Below are positions 1 through 13,050 of a DNA stretch of 64,000 bases, piece by piece. Within the stretch, counting starts at the first letter, position 1. Every line of letters begins with the position of its first letter. The notes below the pieces were generated by a model, which was not told where the DNA came from, did no database searches, and was given only the letters and a program-made list of their open reading frames with translations. The stretch comes from Lingula anatina (taxonomy: Eukaryota; Animalia; Brachiopoda), in NCBI GenBank assembly GCA_051362555.1, contig CM120649.1:4588001-4652000 (forward strand), read 5' to 3'. Made by a program: the position numbers and the translations under genes.

Positions 1-3000
1 CTTCCGAAATAACCCTCGAGACAAATGCACGACAATTGCAAATCCGTAGTATTAACTACACAGGTTCCACCATTCCTGCATATATAAAGCCAGCACTTAC
101 CTGAAATGAGATATTGCAAGACTTATAAAATGGTACGCATGCTCTTTCAGTTGAAATGATTCAATTCTCATAATTTGAGCATTAATTAAGACAGGATAAG
201 GTAAATCCCACTGAAATCTGTGAAATTCATTCTGCACATAATTTGCACCACACACTTAATTGCGTACGTATGCTCAGCCTTTTCATCTCTTCAGAATTAA
301 AAGCATTGAAACTGGACGCTGTCAATTCTGCGTTAATAATGGACCACCCTGCGCGATCGACGAATCAAACAATGATGACATACTGTTCAATTCACAAAAA
401 ATCTAAAAATAATAAATTAATTAATAAATAAATAAAGCAAAAAATCTTGGGAAGACACATTGTTAATGGATAAATTGTATTAAATGAAGCATATGCTATG
501 ATATCAATTGTTGCAATAGTAAAATGCTTCCTAACATTTTGTTGAACTATTTCCTGTTATTCACAAAGGATGGTTGTAAGTGTTACAAGGGCAGCGCTTA
601 CTCAATTCGCATCTTTCTCCGAAAAAGTCACTGGGACAACTGCACTGGAAGCCAGACGGATCATCAACTTTTTCTTCGCATGTCCCATTATTATAGCAAC
701 TGTCAGGCTCGCATTCGTCTGAAGATAGATGTTGCAAGGCAATTTAAATGTTAGGTATGCTCTATCATCCTTCACTTACATGATGGGAACTTTTGCAATT
801 CAAACAATTGAACAGGTAGATCATGCAAATCGTATCGTTTTTTACACTGCTAAGGCTTGTACGCCAAGTCTGAATGTTTTAAAAGTCCATCTACAGAGAG
901 GTCTCCGTTGTGGTGCAGGAAGTCATGAGTTTGCTCCTCATGCACTGGTCATGCTAAAGAGCATTATAATAGTACCTGCTGCCTCCTTGTTTATTACTCA
1001 GCATATTGAGATTGAAGTAAGGAAAAGACCTGGTCATATGGTAGTGTTGGTTATTGTAAATGCTAACTAAGAAAGGCACATACAGGGGTTGGATTGCTTT
1101 CTCCGTGGGGAGATGGGAATGACTTAGAATTAAAAAGATATATAAAAACCAGGCATATAATTATTGCAAACAAGCAATGCAATTAAAAAGCAAGCAAAAT
1201 GCTGAGACGAAAAATGATACCGTATCTCAGACTTTCAAACATGCTATTGTACATGAACTTGGATGCATCAAAATATTTATTTGTTTGTAAACCTTTATTT
1301 GTAAACCTTGGATATGTTATGTACATATCTTAAAGTAATGTATATTGTCTTTTACCCATTTTTTTTTATTAGATTCTTTTGATATAGGCATTATCTGACG
1401 TCAAATTGCTCAATTTATAATTTATATTTATATTTTTTTTCAACCATCGATTCACGTGACCCTTGGTACGGTCTTTAGCGTTGATTTCCGGTTGCTGCCT
1501 AACTATCAATGAGTGAGGTAAGGATGGAGATTCGTTTCAAAAACAAAAAAGAACATGATCATTACCAAACGTATAATTAATTATTTTCCTTTACAGAATA
1601 ATACCGTTGGTCAGTTTCAGTAAGTAGCCAATCCTTTGGTCTGCCTTGCAATAGGGAGTTAAAACGAAACAAATTAATTTAAAAAAAAACGTTCAAAAAT
1701 ATTCAATAATCCAATTGTTCTATAAGACTTACTCTTGCAGTGAAATCCGTCCCCACGGTAACCAGCGTTGCAAATACAAGATTGGTTAGATGCTGTATCG
1801 CAGTTCTCATTGTTGTCAGGCAATTTCGTAAAAGTGTTTATGTCATAGCATGTGGCATTTTCCCCACATTTTGCTGAAAAAAAAAAAAAAAACGCATGCA
1901 TGCAGCCACTGGCTCGCAACAGAATATTTGGACATTTTGAACCAACTTAACAAGCGATATCATATGACTTTTTCACATAAGTTCCACCTAAACAGTGGAA
2001 TAAGTTATTTGTGTTATAGTGTATAAATAGAGAGCTTGAGCCATAGGATCTGTTTTTTATGAGTTCCACCTAATCACTTGAATATGCTAGTTATATTATA
2101 GTTAATCAGCAGAAATGTATAGTCATATGCCTTGATACCAGTCTATAGAAGTTACTCTTACATATATCCTCTGGTATCAATATTTGTATTGGTCAATTTG
2201 CTTTGAATTTTGTATTTGTATTTGTATTTTTGTTGCACGCTTTACATCTTACAGCTGTCAGCTGTTATCAGTCAATTCTGAGATACAGAATGTATGCATA
2301 TTAGAAGGGTACTACTTACCTTTTTTACACCATGTTCCGTGATAACCCTTGGGACAAATGCACGACGAAACCGAATTTGTAGTATTCAATACACACGTTG
2401 CACCATTCCAGCAGTTATTTAACTGACACTCACCTGAAATGAGAGATTGCAAGGCTAATAAAATAGTACGCATGCTCTTTCACTTGAAATGATTCAATTT
2501 TCATAATCTGAGCATTAACTAAGACAGGGTAAGGTAAATCCCACTGAAATCTGTGAAATTAATTTTGTACATAATTTGCACCAGACACTTTATTGCGTAC
2601 TTATGCTCAGATTTTTTTCTCTTCAGAATTAAAAGCATTGAAACTGGACGCTGTCAATTCTGCGTTAATAATGGACCACCGCGCACGATCGACGAATCAA
2701 ACAATGATGACATACTGTTCAATTCACAAAAAAATCTAAAAATAATAAATTAATTAATAAATAAATTAAGCAAAAACTCCTGGCAAGACAACACTGTTAA
2801 TGGATAAATTGTATTAAATGAAGCATATGTGCTGATATCAATTGTTGCAATAGTAAAATGCTTCCTAACATTCTGTTGAGCATAACTATTTCCTGTTATT
2901 CACAAAGGATGGTTGTAAGTGTTACAAGGGCAGTGCTTACTCAATTCGCATCTTTCTCCGAAAAAGTCACTGGGACAACTGCACTGGAAGCCAGACGGAT

Positions 3001-3598
3001 CATCAGCTTTTTCTTCGCAAGTCCCATTATTATAGCAACTGTCAGGCTCGCATTCGCCTGAAGATAGATGTTGCAAGGCAATTTAAATGTTAGGTATGCT
3101 CTATCATCCTTCACTTACATGATGGGAACTTTTGCAATTCAAACAATTGAACAGGTAAATCATGCAAATCGTATCGTTTTTCACACTGCTAAGGCTTTTA
3201 CGCCAAGTCTGAATGTTTTAAAAGTCCATCTACAGAGGGGTCTCCGTTGTGGTGCAGGAAGTCATGAGTTTGATCCTCATGGCCTGGTCATGCTAAAGAG
3301 CATTATAATAGTACCTGCTGCCTCCTTGTTTATTACTCAGCATATTGAGATTGAAGTAAGGAAAAGACCTGGTCATATGGTAGTGTTGGTTATTGTAAAT
3401 CCTAACTACGAGAGGCACATATACCGCAGCGCGGATTGCTTTCTCCGTGGGGAGATGGGAATGACTTAGAATTAAAAAGATATATAAAAACCAGGCATAT
3501 AATTATTGCAAACAAGCAAAAAGCAAGCAAACTGCTGAGACGAAAATTGATACGGTATCTCAGACTTTCAAACATGCTATTGTACATGAACTTGGATG
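1..3598. repeat. Intragenic direct duplication (~1-1266 vs ~2335-3598)
   Basis: Introns and exons are near-identical at a period of ~2.33 kb, e.g. the duplicated + strand ORFs 729/3068 and 524/2858. Confidence 0.95.
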
Positions 3599-3704
3599 TC
3601 GAATTGGTCTCTATACACTTACAAGTTTGACTCAGCTGCTTTTGAATGAGAAAGACGCACGTCATCATGGTGAGAGCAAGGCTCGGGCAGAACAACAATC
3701 CCAT
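1..3704 (-). CDS. Secreted multi-EGF-repeat protein (5' part; continues beyond left edge)
   Basis: Hydrophobic leader exon 3704-3623 (MGLLFCPSLALTMMTCVFLIQKQLSQT|gtaagt). Phase-1 EGF exons at approximately 3057-2941 (ECEPDSCYNNGTCEEKADDPSGFQCSCPSDFFGERCEL), 2433-2320 (ECQLNNCWNGATC...CICPKGYHGTWCK), 1874-1733 (KCGENATC...CICNAGYRGDGFHCK), 718-602 and 100-1. A short linker exon may lie at ~1122-1084. Confidence 0.85.
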
Positions 3705-4069
3705 CGTTGCTTGCTTGATGTTAGATACAGTATTTTTATAGCACTTCTATGCTGGAATAAAAAAAGACATTCAGAAGATAGTGGGATAGTGGGAAATTTT
3801 CAACATCATCGTACATGAATGACAATTATTTAAACTAAAGTGGGCTTGTTTTTCCGAAAACAACTTTCTCGAAGGCGTCACAATCATACTATTCTATGTA
3901 TAAAGTGTTCTTCACGTGAACATTTCCAGCAAACAAAAGGTTCTGATCGAGAAGCCCTACGATCCCATGACAGAGTTCATCTTCTAAGATATTACAATAC
4001 CCGATTATTGGCAAATACCAACTCTGCAAGTCGTTTCAGATTATCTAAATAACAGCTGTTTTTCGTTTA

Positions 4070-4761
4070 GCCCCTATTTCACACAGACCACGAATCCCAC
4101 GAATCGCCAGGAATTGACAAATTTCAGGATTCATGAGGATTCGTGAGATTTTGCCAATTTTCTGGTCTAATTCGACACGCTCACGATTCAGTTACGATAC
4201 AGGTGCGATAGTGTTACGAATATTCGTGGGATTCGGCTGGAGTCGTGATATTTTGCCAATTTTCTGGTCTACCTCGACACGCACTAAGATTCAGTTACGA
4301 TACAGGTGCGATAGTGGTACGAATATTCGTGGGATTCGGCTGGAATCGCACGAATATTGTCCAGAAATTAACTACGATTTTTTGGAATCCGGAGTTCGTG
4401 AACGGCTCAAAATGTTTGCCACGAATGCCCGATTGATCAAGAATTGCAAGAATTTACTACGATTATATTCGAATCTGTTAAGAACTGATTACGATTCAAC
4501 CACGAATCCAGACATTTTCAATTCCTGGCGATTCGTGGGATTCGTGGTCTGTGTGAAATAGGGGCATCAAAGTTTTGGCCACCAATTCCTGTTGGTCAAG
4601 AAGTGCAACAACTGACTACGAATATATATACGAATCTGTTTTAACAGAACATCACTTCAACTTAAAAGAACTTCACGATCTGATTACGATTCAACCACGA
4701 ATCGTAAAATTTGTCAATTCATGGCCATTCGTGGGATTCGTGGTCTGTGTGAAATAGGGGC
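4070..4761. mobile_element. MITE (PIF/Harbinger-like) with one left and two right TIRs
   Basis: Left TIR GCCCCTATTTCACACAGACCACGAATCCCACGAAT at 4070. Its reverse complement ends at both 4565 and 4761. There is an internal ~100 bp duplication. Superfamily is inferred. Confidence 0.75.
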
Positions 4762-6379
4762 ATTGGCAGAAATGCTTATTATCCATTCTCAAAGAACATA
4801 CCTGCAGGATCGACGAGCGTCCATTAGCACGCTCGCAGAATGGCAACGACTTTCATATCAATTTGTTTGATAGTCTATAGCGATAAATGCATGATGCAAT
4901 CACTTGAAATAAAATTTGTTCTAAATTTGATTGACTCTATGAAATAATTTCATAAAACGGTGAATGTCTTTTCTCACACATTCACTTTTACTCTCTTAAA
5001 ATTAAAAAAAAGGCGGTTGTTAGAAGTGTGATCTCAGGCAATCGTCTCATTTATTAATCAGTCTTTGGCCTATAAAGGTTAATTGGATTCCTAACTAAGC
5101 TTAAACTAAATACATTAGAGAGAAAGCACTACACTGTACCAGAACCTGTGTTAGGTGCGGATCCAGATATAATTTCTAACAGTCTTCCAAATTATCTTTG
5201 TTGATCCATCCTAGGTTTTTGGACTTATTGCAACAGAAAATATTAAATGCCCGTCAATGTAAATATAAAAAATTCTGACTGTTTTCCGGAAGACCCAGGA
5301 GAAAACTTTGGTCTGCTCCTGGCTGAGACACATTTCACTAGTTATTTAACAAATATGGCCTCTTAAAAGAATATTTTAACTTTGCTGACAAAACGATAAA
5401 TGTTTTTTTTTCTTCTTGCTATGAATAACCAAATGTTATTATGTACCTCGTATGAAGAAATTTGAAGCTTTACAAAGCACCCCTTCTGGGACTATACTCT
5501 CTCATAATTTTGTCAGAATGTCAATTTTAAGAACATTTCGCAAACAGGCAGCAAAGTGACATCGAGTATCTAATTGCAAGATTTTCAACTCTCCCGATTG
5601 AAAAAAATGGCCAAAAGTAATTGTCTGCCTGTGACCACAACAACAAGCGTTGTTTATAGTAAATAAAGCTTGTTTTGGTGCTTTTGGACCAAGGTCTGTT
5701 AAGGAACAAAAAGTAAGGAAATCTATTTCTTCATCTTGGTCACATGTATATGTTTCATACAGACATCTGTCATTTTAAGACCATTAGAATGCACAGTGGC
5801 ACAGTATATCTTGTGATAATCGTGGCGCATATGAGAACCCATAAATTCACGACCATATATTGTTAAAACCAATTTTGCAAGGCATTTGCGTGTTCTGTAA
5901 ATACCCGCTGTTTTCGTTTCGCAGTAATGCATATAATCCATTTCTCACAGAGAACATACCTGCAGGATCGACAAGCGTCCATTAGCACGCCTATACAATG
6001 TCAATATATTTCATATCAATTTGTTTGATAGTCTGTTGCGATAAATGTAAGAGGAAATCGCTTGAAATTAAATTGAATTTGATTGTCTACGAAATAGTTT
6101 CAATAAATGGAAAATGCCATTTTTCCCTTTAAATTTCAAAAGGCGGTAGATGAAAATTTGAACCAAGGTAATCATCTCCTGTATTAATTACTCTGGTCAT
6201 ATTTAGACTCATTGGGTTCCTGGCCCAACATGAACAACACATAATATTGTTTGAGAGGAACGTTCCAAAAATTTGGAAATCTTCATAGTTAACGTCAAGT
6301 GAATCAGCCAAGGCTAATAGAATTAAATCTTAAACCTATATCACTTACACCAGTTCTAAATAAAAATTTGGAGGCTTTT

Positions 6380-7250
6380 GTTACAAAGTGAATCCCAGAA
6401 AAATGCAGTAGATTTAAATCTGATTGTGTTCAGCTAGTGGGAGGAGTCCCTCAGGGCACTAAAGTAGGTCCCATTCTTTTCCTTGCAATGATCAATGACC
6501 TGAAAACTTGTTTTTCATTAAGTTAATGATACCTTCATTTACGAAATCTGCAAATTCGGCGAATGAACGCACCTACCACAAGCAATAGGTCAATTGGCTG
6601 ACAGGGTCAACAAGACAAGATTAAGCTTAATGTAAGGAAGACCAAGCCGATGGCCATAAATTTTACCAAGAGCTGTTATCTTACAATACTAAAATTGGAA
6701 ATAGATGGCGAATGTGTAGAAAAGTTTTAAGTTTAAGATGCTTGGTGTTATTTTATCCCCAGACCTTAAGTGGGCTGAAAACATCCAAACCAAACCATGC
6801 TAAGACATGTTTAAAGCTCTTTATCTCTGACAGCTAAAGAGGAAAACACTGGACATACAAGATTTATTAATTATGATTGATGAGCAATCTGAATGTCTGG
6901 AGTCATTTCAAAAGATAACCTTGAGGATTATTTGCCCTGGTATCAGTTATGATAAATGCCTTAAAAGTTTGTAACATCGACACGCTAGACAAAAGCAGAC
7001 ATTTGGTGTATCAGAGGTTTTATACAAAATTACAAAAGTGTGAAAAGTTGGGTCATTTATTGCTTGAAAGAAATACCTGTCCTTTACGAAACAGCACCAA
7101 TTTTACAACCAAGAGTGAAGACCTTCTGACGTTTTAAAATTCCTTTATTATTCATTGCCTTTTTTAATTTGTAGTATTTTATGAAAAATTAATTGTTTTA
7201 CAATTTAAAGTTTATTGTCAACCTTAAGGTTGCAATTTTACCTAATAAAC

Positions 7251-7300
<50 letters not shown>
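6380..7300 (+). mobile_element. Degenerate LINE (CR1/L2-like) RT fragment with (TAT)n tail
   Basis: GVPQGTKVGPILFLAMINDL RT motif at ~6443, frameshifts and stops downstream, and AATAAA followed by (TAT)n at 7244-7300. Confidence 0.8.
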
Positions 7301-7301
<1 letters not shown>

Positions 7302-8496
7302 AAAGAAAGCACTACCCTCCACCAGAAACACCGAGAAATATTTTACTGTTAAGTCACCTACAATCGGTGTGTGCAGGGAATCACCATCAAGTTGCAGAAT
7401 TTCACCGATCAAAATATTTCTCAGTTAAAATAAAACTTACCTCGTTTTCCCCGTTGAAGTCAGGTGAGGGAATGACACGTCTCCTGGCCTACTGGTTATT
7501 AACATACTGCAAGCACCGGTACATCAGTGTCTCTCGTGAAAAACGGGGCACACGACAAACCATCCAATCACGATGGTGCTTATTTGAATATCGATGCCCC
7601 GTTTACTGTCACTCGCCGTTTTCGGGTCTCATCGGCTTCTTTCGTTCAGCATGAAACGTGTGCTTTTATATTTGACCTAGAAAACTTACATATCGGGACT
7701 TCCATTAAAACACCCGTAGCTTGACAAATATTAGTATTGAGGTAAAGTGGTAAAGGAAACTCAGGCCAACTTTATGAATGTCAATATTGATTGCAATGTT
7801 AGCCGGCGAATTGACCTAATTATAACGAAAAAGGAATCTGATGAAATTCAGTCTCTCTCTCTCTCTCTCTCTCACTCTCTCTCTCTCTCTCTCTCTCATG
7901 TGTTTGTGGTGTGTGTGCGCTACTTAAACTGCTGGATGGGGGCGAGATAGTGACAGACAGCCAAAAACATTCAACCAGAGTTCATGAAGGTCTATAACAA
8001 CATTGCGATATTATATTTGTATTGCTCAGTTAAATCAAATCTATGATATTATTCTTTCCGTGGCAGCGATCTAGCTATCAGTTTTTTTTCCTTCCCTTTC
8101 TCCCTCTCTCTCTCTCTTTCTCTCTTGGTCGTGTGTGTGTGTGTGTGTGTGTTTGTGTGCGACACAGTGATGGGATAACAGCCAAAACAACCAAAAACAT
8201 TCAACCAAAGAAGGCCTCTCGCACCAGTGAGCTATTATATTTGCATCACCCAGTTAATTTCAGTGCTACCTTGATACAGGACGTCGAATTAAAAACAATA
8301 ATGGAAACCTGTCTGACGCTTTGGATGATATGAAATTACTTCCAGCATATGACTATATGAAAAGCTATGCTTTTTAATTAAGTTGCATTGTTTATTCCGG
8401 AAGCAAATTCGGACTTTGTCAACAGATATGATTTAGGCCTAGTAAATAAAACTTTCAGAATTATATCTGTGGCATCGACCCAGCTTTTTCCCTCCA

Positions 8497-8499
<3 letters not shown>

Positions 8500-8560
<61 letters not shown>
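8500..8560. repeat. Compound (CT)n(GT)n microsatellite (related tracts at ~7852 and ~8105)
   Basis: Read directly from sequence. Confidence 0.95.
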
Positions 8561-8562
<2 letters not shown>

Positions 8563-9219
8563 CAACATGCTTAAACAGCTAGGTGAGGGCGAGGAATTGT
8601 TGGAATAATAGCCAAAAAAATTAAACAAAAGTATGCTTCTCACACCAGTGAGATATTTTATTTGAATCATCGCTTGGTAATTTTCATTTATGATCCAACT
8701 ACCAAACTAATTAACATTTTTGCTCATTTATGGTAATGATATTTTATCATGATATACATATTTTTTATTTAATCTACCATGAACTCAACATAATAAAATG
8801 CAGTTTTAAAAATGATTCAAAACCCATCGTATATCTGTGCTCATTTGTAAAAAGAGTATGAGATGTCGAATCAGATGGATCCACATATGATACAAAAAAG
8901 AGACACCTCGGACCATTCATTGTGAGACTATTGTCCAAACAATTATGTATACAAAACAATTACCTGCACTTACTCGATACACAGGGTGCATTTATGTTGA
9001 TGATTTATTTGCCTGTATAGACAAATCGCTTAATCTTATTTTCGGTGATATTTAAAACGTGAGTTGTTGTTCTTGCACAACACGTGATTCCATAGCCCAC
9101 TATTACTTCTAAAATGTCATGGTAGCAACAAAATACAGGACAATTATTAATTAAACCTTTAAGACACGAATATTTTGCTGAGTAAACATCACTCTTATTC
9201 AGGCCTACTCAACTACCAG

Positions 9220-9488
9220 ACATCGAATGATCCTGAACTCACCGGTAGATCGGACCAAAATATTCGTTTTCAAGGTGTGTATCAGTGCGCGCTTCGAAGT
9301 CTCAGACGCGACACCGCTCTTGCCTGGTACGCGATGTAATAGTGATGATTCTAAGCGGGGTTGGACAGTAGTGCATCTCATCTCAGATTTTGTTCCGTGG
9401 TATGATATTTTGAAATGCGTACTGGCGCACACCTTGAAAACGGGTAGTGTGGTCCAATCTACCGGTGAATTCGGGGTCATTCGATGCC
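9220..9488. mobile_element. Foldback/MITE-like element with ~90 bp imperfect inverted arms
   Basis: CATCGAATGATCCTGAACTCACCGGTAGATCGGACC... is the approximate reverse complement of ...GGTCCAATCTACCGGTGAATTCGGGGTCATTCGATG. Confidence 0.7.
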
Positions 9489-11426
9489 GTGTCTATTAAT
9501 TGGGAAGACCTGTTATTGACACCCATGCACCATAGATTGGTTGAAAATATGTGGTTTTGAATTGTAATCGAATACATTCTTCAAGTTGAAATGAATTATT
9601 CAATCACATTTTTTACAATAAGATAATAAGATTGCATAATCGGGATGATTACCATCGAGTGAAACGAACGCTTGGTGCGCTAGTGATTCCATTAGAGTAC
9701 ATTTTAAGACGTAAGTAGCACTTATATGGGCAACAGTGCTCTTTGCACAAGGGATATTGAAGGAATTGCTTGCGAATATCAATCGACGTTTTTTTTCATG
9801 AAATTATTATCGGTAACAGATATGAACTTGGTTTTTCTTCCTTTCCTTCATCTTTTGAAAATATCATTTTTATTACTCAAAGTTCTTAATACCGTGAAGT
9901 TTGAAGTGGGAAAACTTAACACCTGGTTTTCAGCTATCTCATATTAGCTCTATTTTTTTTTTTTTTTTTTTTTTTTTTTGCACACGAAGCACTCAGGTAA
10001 ACAAACTTTGACGTAACAGTGTCCTGAATTAAACACGAGCATGTATCAAAAATAGCAGTGTTAAAAGAATATATACATATGATTGCATATCATGTATATC
10101 CAATTACGCGTGATGTCGTATTCTTAAACAGCAAACATCCTGTCATTTACGTTAGAATCCCTGGATGTGAATACGTGTATAAGAACATGTAACGCTGTGA
10201 ATTTCGAATACCATGCATTAAAGAACCAACATTCTGTCTCACAAAACTAAGATTAAAGGTGTTTGGGGATCTTAAAGTGTATTAGTGAAGGACAAACTAA
10301 CGCGTTTCTGGGAAGTTTACTTTTAATGCAACTGAGAATAGGTATGACCTGTGCAGCATAGGACCTGTGCATGGGGACAGCATAGGAATGAATAAGACAA
10401 GATCGTTGTCATATCTTCAATTTCAACCTTTTTATTTTTATCAAGGCAAGAGCATGAGTTTGGTGGTATTTGGATATCTCTGCTGTGCAAATCATTACTT
10501 TCCATTCTAACGGCCGAAATGTGAGACGACGAACGTTGACGTCACAGTAACGTTCGTGTTCATATGGCAGCCAAATGGGGTCACGTTAATATCTAGACTC
10601 ACCATCGCATAGGCTAAGAAGGGTGTATGTTGTTAAGTTAATGGCCTACGTGCGCCTCCGTTATTTGCAAGTGGTATATAAAGTAAAACCAAGTTAGTAA
10701 TAACGAAACAACTTATTGAATGCAAGATAACTTCCTCAAGAGTAAACGAGTTGAAAATTGTCCTAACACTAGACAAGGATGGAATATAACATTTAAAATT
10801 TGATTTGATTTTTTATTTCACAGTCAATATGTATTTTTTCCATCACGTTTAAAACAAATGCAAACTGGATTTTGAGCATAACGCTTTGGAGTTGATATTC
10901 TATTCTACCTCAAAAGGAGATACTGAACAGTGAAAAGACAAGATAGAATGGGATATTTTTGTGATCACGCATGTCGAGACGGTGATTAAAGGATAAACAG
11001 TTGCAAACCCATCCTCGTAGCCATATAACAAAACAATTGTATATAAATTGTATATTTAAATTGTAAAATGTGTACATTACATTACAATGTGTACCGGGGT
11101 ACATCAAATTACATTAAATATATATTAAAAAAAACATAAGTTTGCAAATATATAGATATGCCACTAAAGGTCTTAAAACCAACTCCTTAAAGAAACGACC
11201 TATCGAAATGTCCTACGCAAAAAAAGGATTATAAATGAATCATCACCATTGGAATATCTAGATTTGTCTGTGAATTCAAGTGTTCAACGGTAAAGTAAGT
11301 CGAAATATATCCACAGCATGCGATACGTCAGTTGCCATAGAGAGTGATCAGAAATAAGCTACCAAATTTGCAACTTTACTCCTGTCTACAGATTTAGGTA
11401 ACAGACTGGGCGATGGGAAGTCCCGG

Positions 11427-13050
11427 CTATGGTACCCGTATCAACAAAGGATACGAGGCAAGTAAGTAGGCCGTACAGGTTTGGTACCTCATAACGCATT
11501 GCACAGTGCGACCGATGTTCGGAATGTACACCCACGAGGCCATGGCGTTGATTACACTCCAGTCAACATTGTCACCAATAGCAACGATACATATGATAAT
11601 TCCTGAAGTTGGGAAAAACAAGTGTTTATAGTATATACATACGGGAAAACGTGCAGAATAAAATCAAGTAAAGTACATAAATTACTGGCCACCCGGCTTC
11701 CTCGAATTTTTTAATGGCTTAATGTTAACCGACAGCATTCGTTTTAGCCAATAGACACTCTGCCTTTGGAGTAGCGGTAGTACGCACCTTTCTTTTTCAA
11801 AAGCGTGGCCAAGGGTCTTGGGTCATCCCCATAAGTATAGTACCCATCAGTCATTATCCAGACTAGGCGATTGCCAGAGATGTCACCAAGTTGAATATAA
11901 CAATGTACCAAGGCATGGTATATATTCGTCAGACCACCTGTTAATGAAGTGAAACTGTTTCAATCTTTCTGCCTCGATTTTTAGGAACAATTAATATTGA
12001 ATTTTGTCGCTCACACTTAATTCCCTCCCCAAATATGAAAAAGGTCGAACTAGAAACGATGATCAATTTTTTTCTATCTAAAGAAAAAAATTGCAGAAAC
12101 CACGACTGCCATCTTGGATTCTGTGCGTGTCTATGGTTACATACATCCAAGTAAACATTTGCCATTTCCACATCATGGCAATTTTGTCCAGCAGTCTTTG
12201 GTCTTACAAATAATGTACAAGTTAGGTCTGTGTGAAAAAGGGCCACTAAATCCCTTAAATAAAGCCCCTTTTCCAGATATGCCGCTCACCCATGAACGCG
12301 CATCTGTGTGTAACTGCATGTGCACTTGCGTCCATATGAGTGCGTGCATATTATGACCTACAACGATATTTGCACAATAGTGGGGCCTACCTTCTTTCGG
12401 CACAGCAGCAATAGCTGCATCATTGGCAGGGTAGTTATCATAGTAACCCAGGGGGAAGATGAGCCTTGCCCTGGTAGAGAAGCGTACCAGAGCAATCCTA
12501 TGTTTTCCAGGGGCTATGCTATTCGGAGCAGGGGTGTTGTTGATGATTGCAAGGATATTCTGAAGCAAGACTTATTTAAAGATAAATCAAATGTTTTGCT
12601 TTGCGTTGCACAAATGTGTAAAAAAAAAAAGAAAAAAAAACACGTATAGGTATCGTTGTTTTTGTACGGTCTATATATCTAGCAATCAATATATCTATAT
12701 ATCTATCTATCTAACATGGTTATTCAAAACAGATTTGTTTTCTTATTTAATGTTAGTAATTATAATTATAAAGATACAGAAATATGTGCTCTCAAATTCC
12801 CCAGCAAGCTACAAGCTAAATTGTTTATTATAGTGGAGCCAGTTTATCCTACCCTGGTCGATGACTTGGAGCAAGACCATTCAGAGCTGCTTATGCTGTC
12901 GCTGCTGTCCAAAGCAAACACCACATTCCAGTAAGGAGGAGCACCGCCCATCAGAGCTTGAATAACTTGGTGAGGTGTGAGAGCCTCAGAGCCCAGCTCA
13001 TTGAAGGCGATTCCAACAGCAACCAGCAGAACCAGCGCGGCTAACTTCAT
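11427..13050 (-). CDS. Secreted single-domain von Willebrand factor A protein, copy 1 (230 aa)
   Basis: Exons 13050-12853, 12559-12391, 11937-11788, 11602-11427 join in frame. Signal peptide MKLAALVLLVAVGIA. MIDAS DSSDS, GGLTN (Thr), WIMTDG (Asp). Also IALVRFS and IICIVAIG strands. Confidence 0.92.

Noticed and set aside
524-3469. Duplicated + strand ORFs (MLQGNLNVRY..., MLPNILL...)
   Set aside because: They are antisense to the EGF gene's exons and introns. Their similarity comes from the recent duplication, and they have no recognisable domain.
7193-7654. ORFs with poly-Leu/Ile/Asn/Tyr or THTH/SLSL runs (also ~8400, 18119, 20752, 22414, 27324)
   Set aside because: They are translations of microsatellites.
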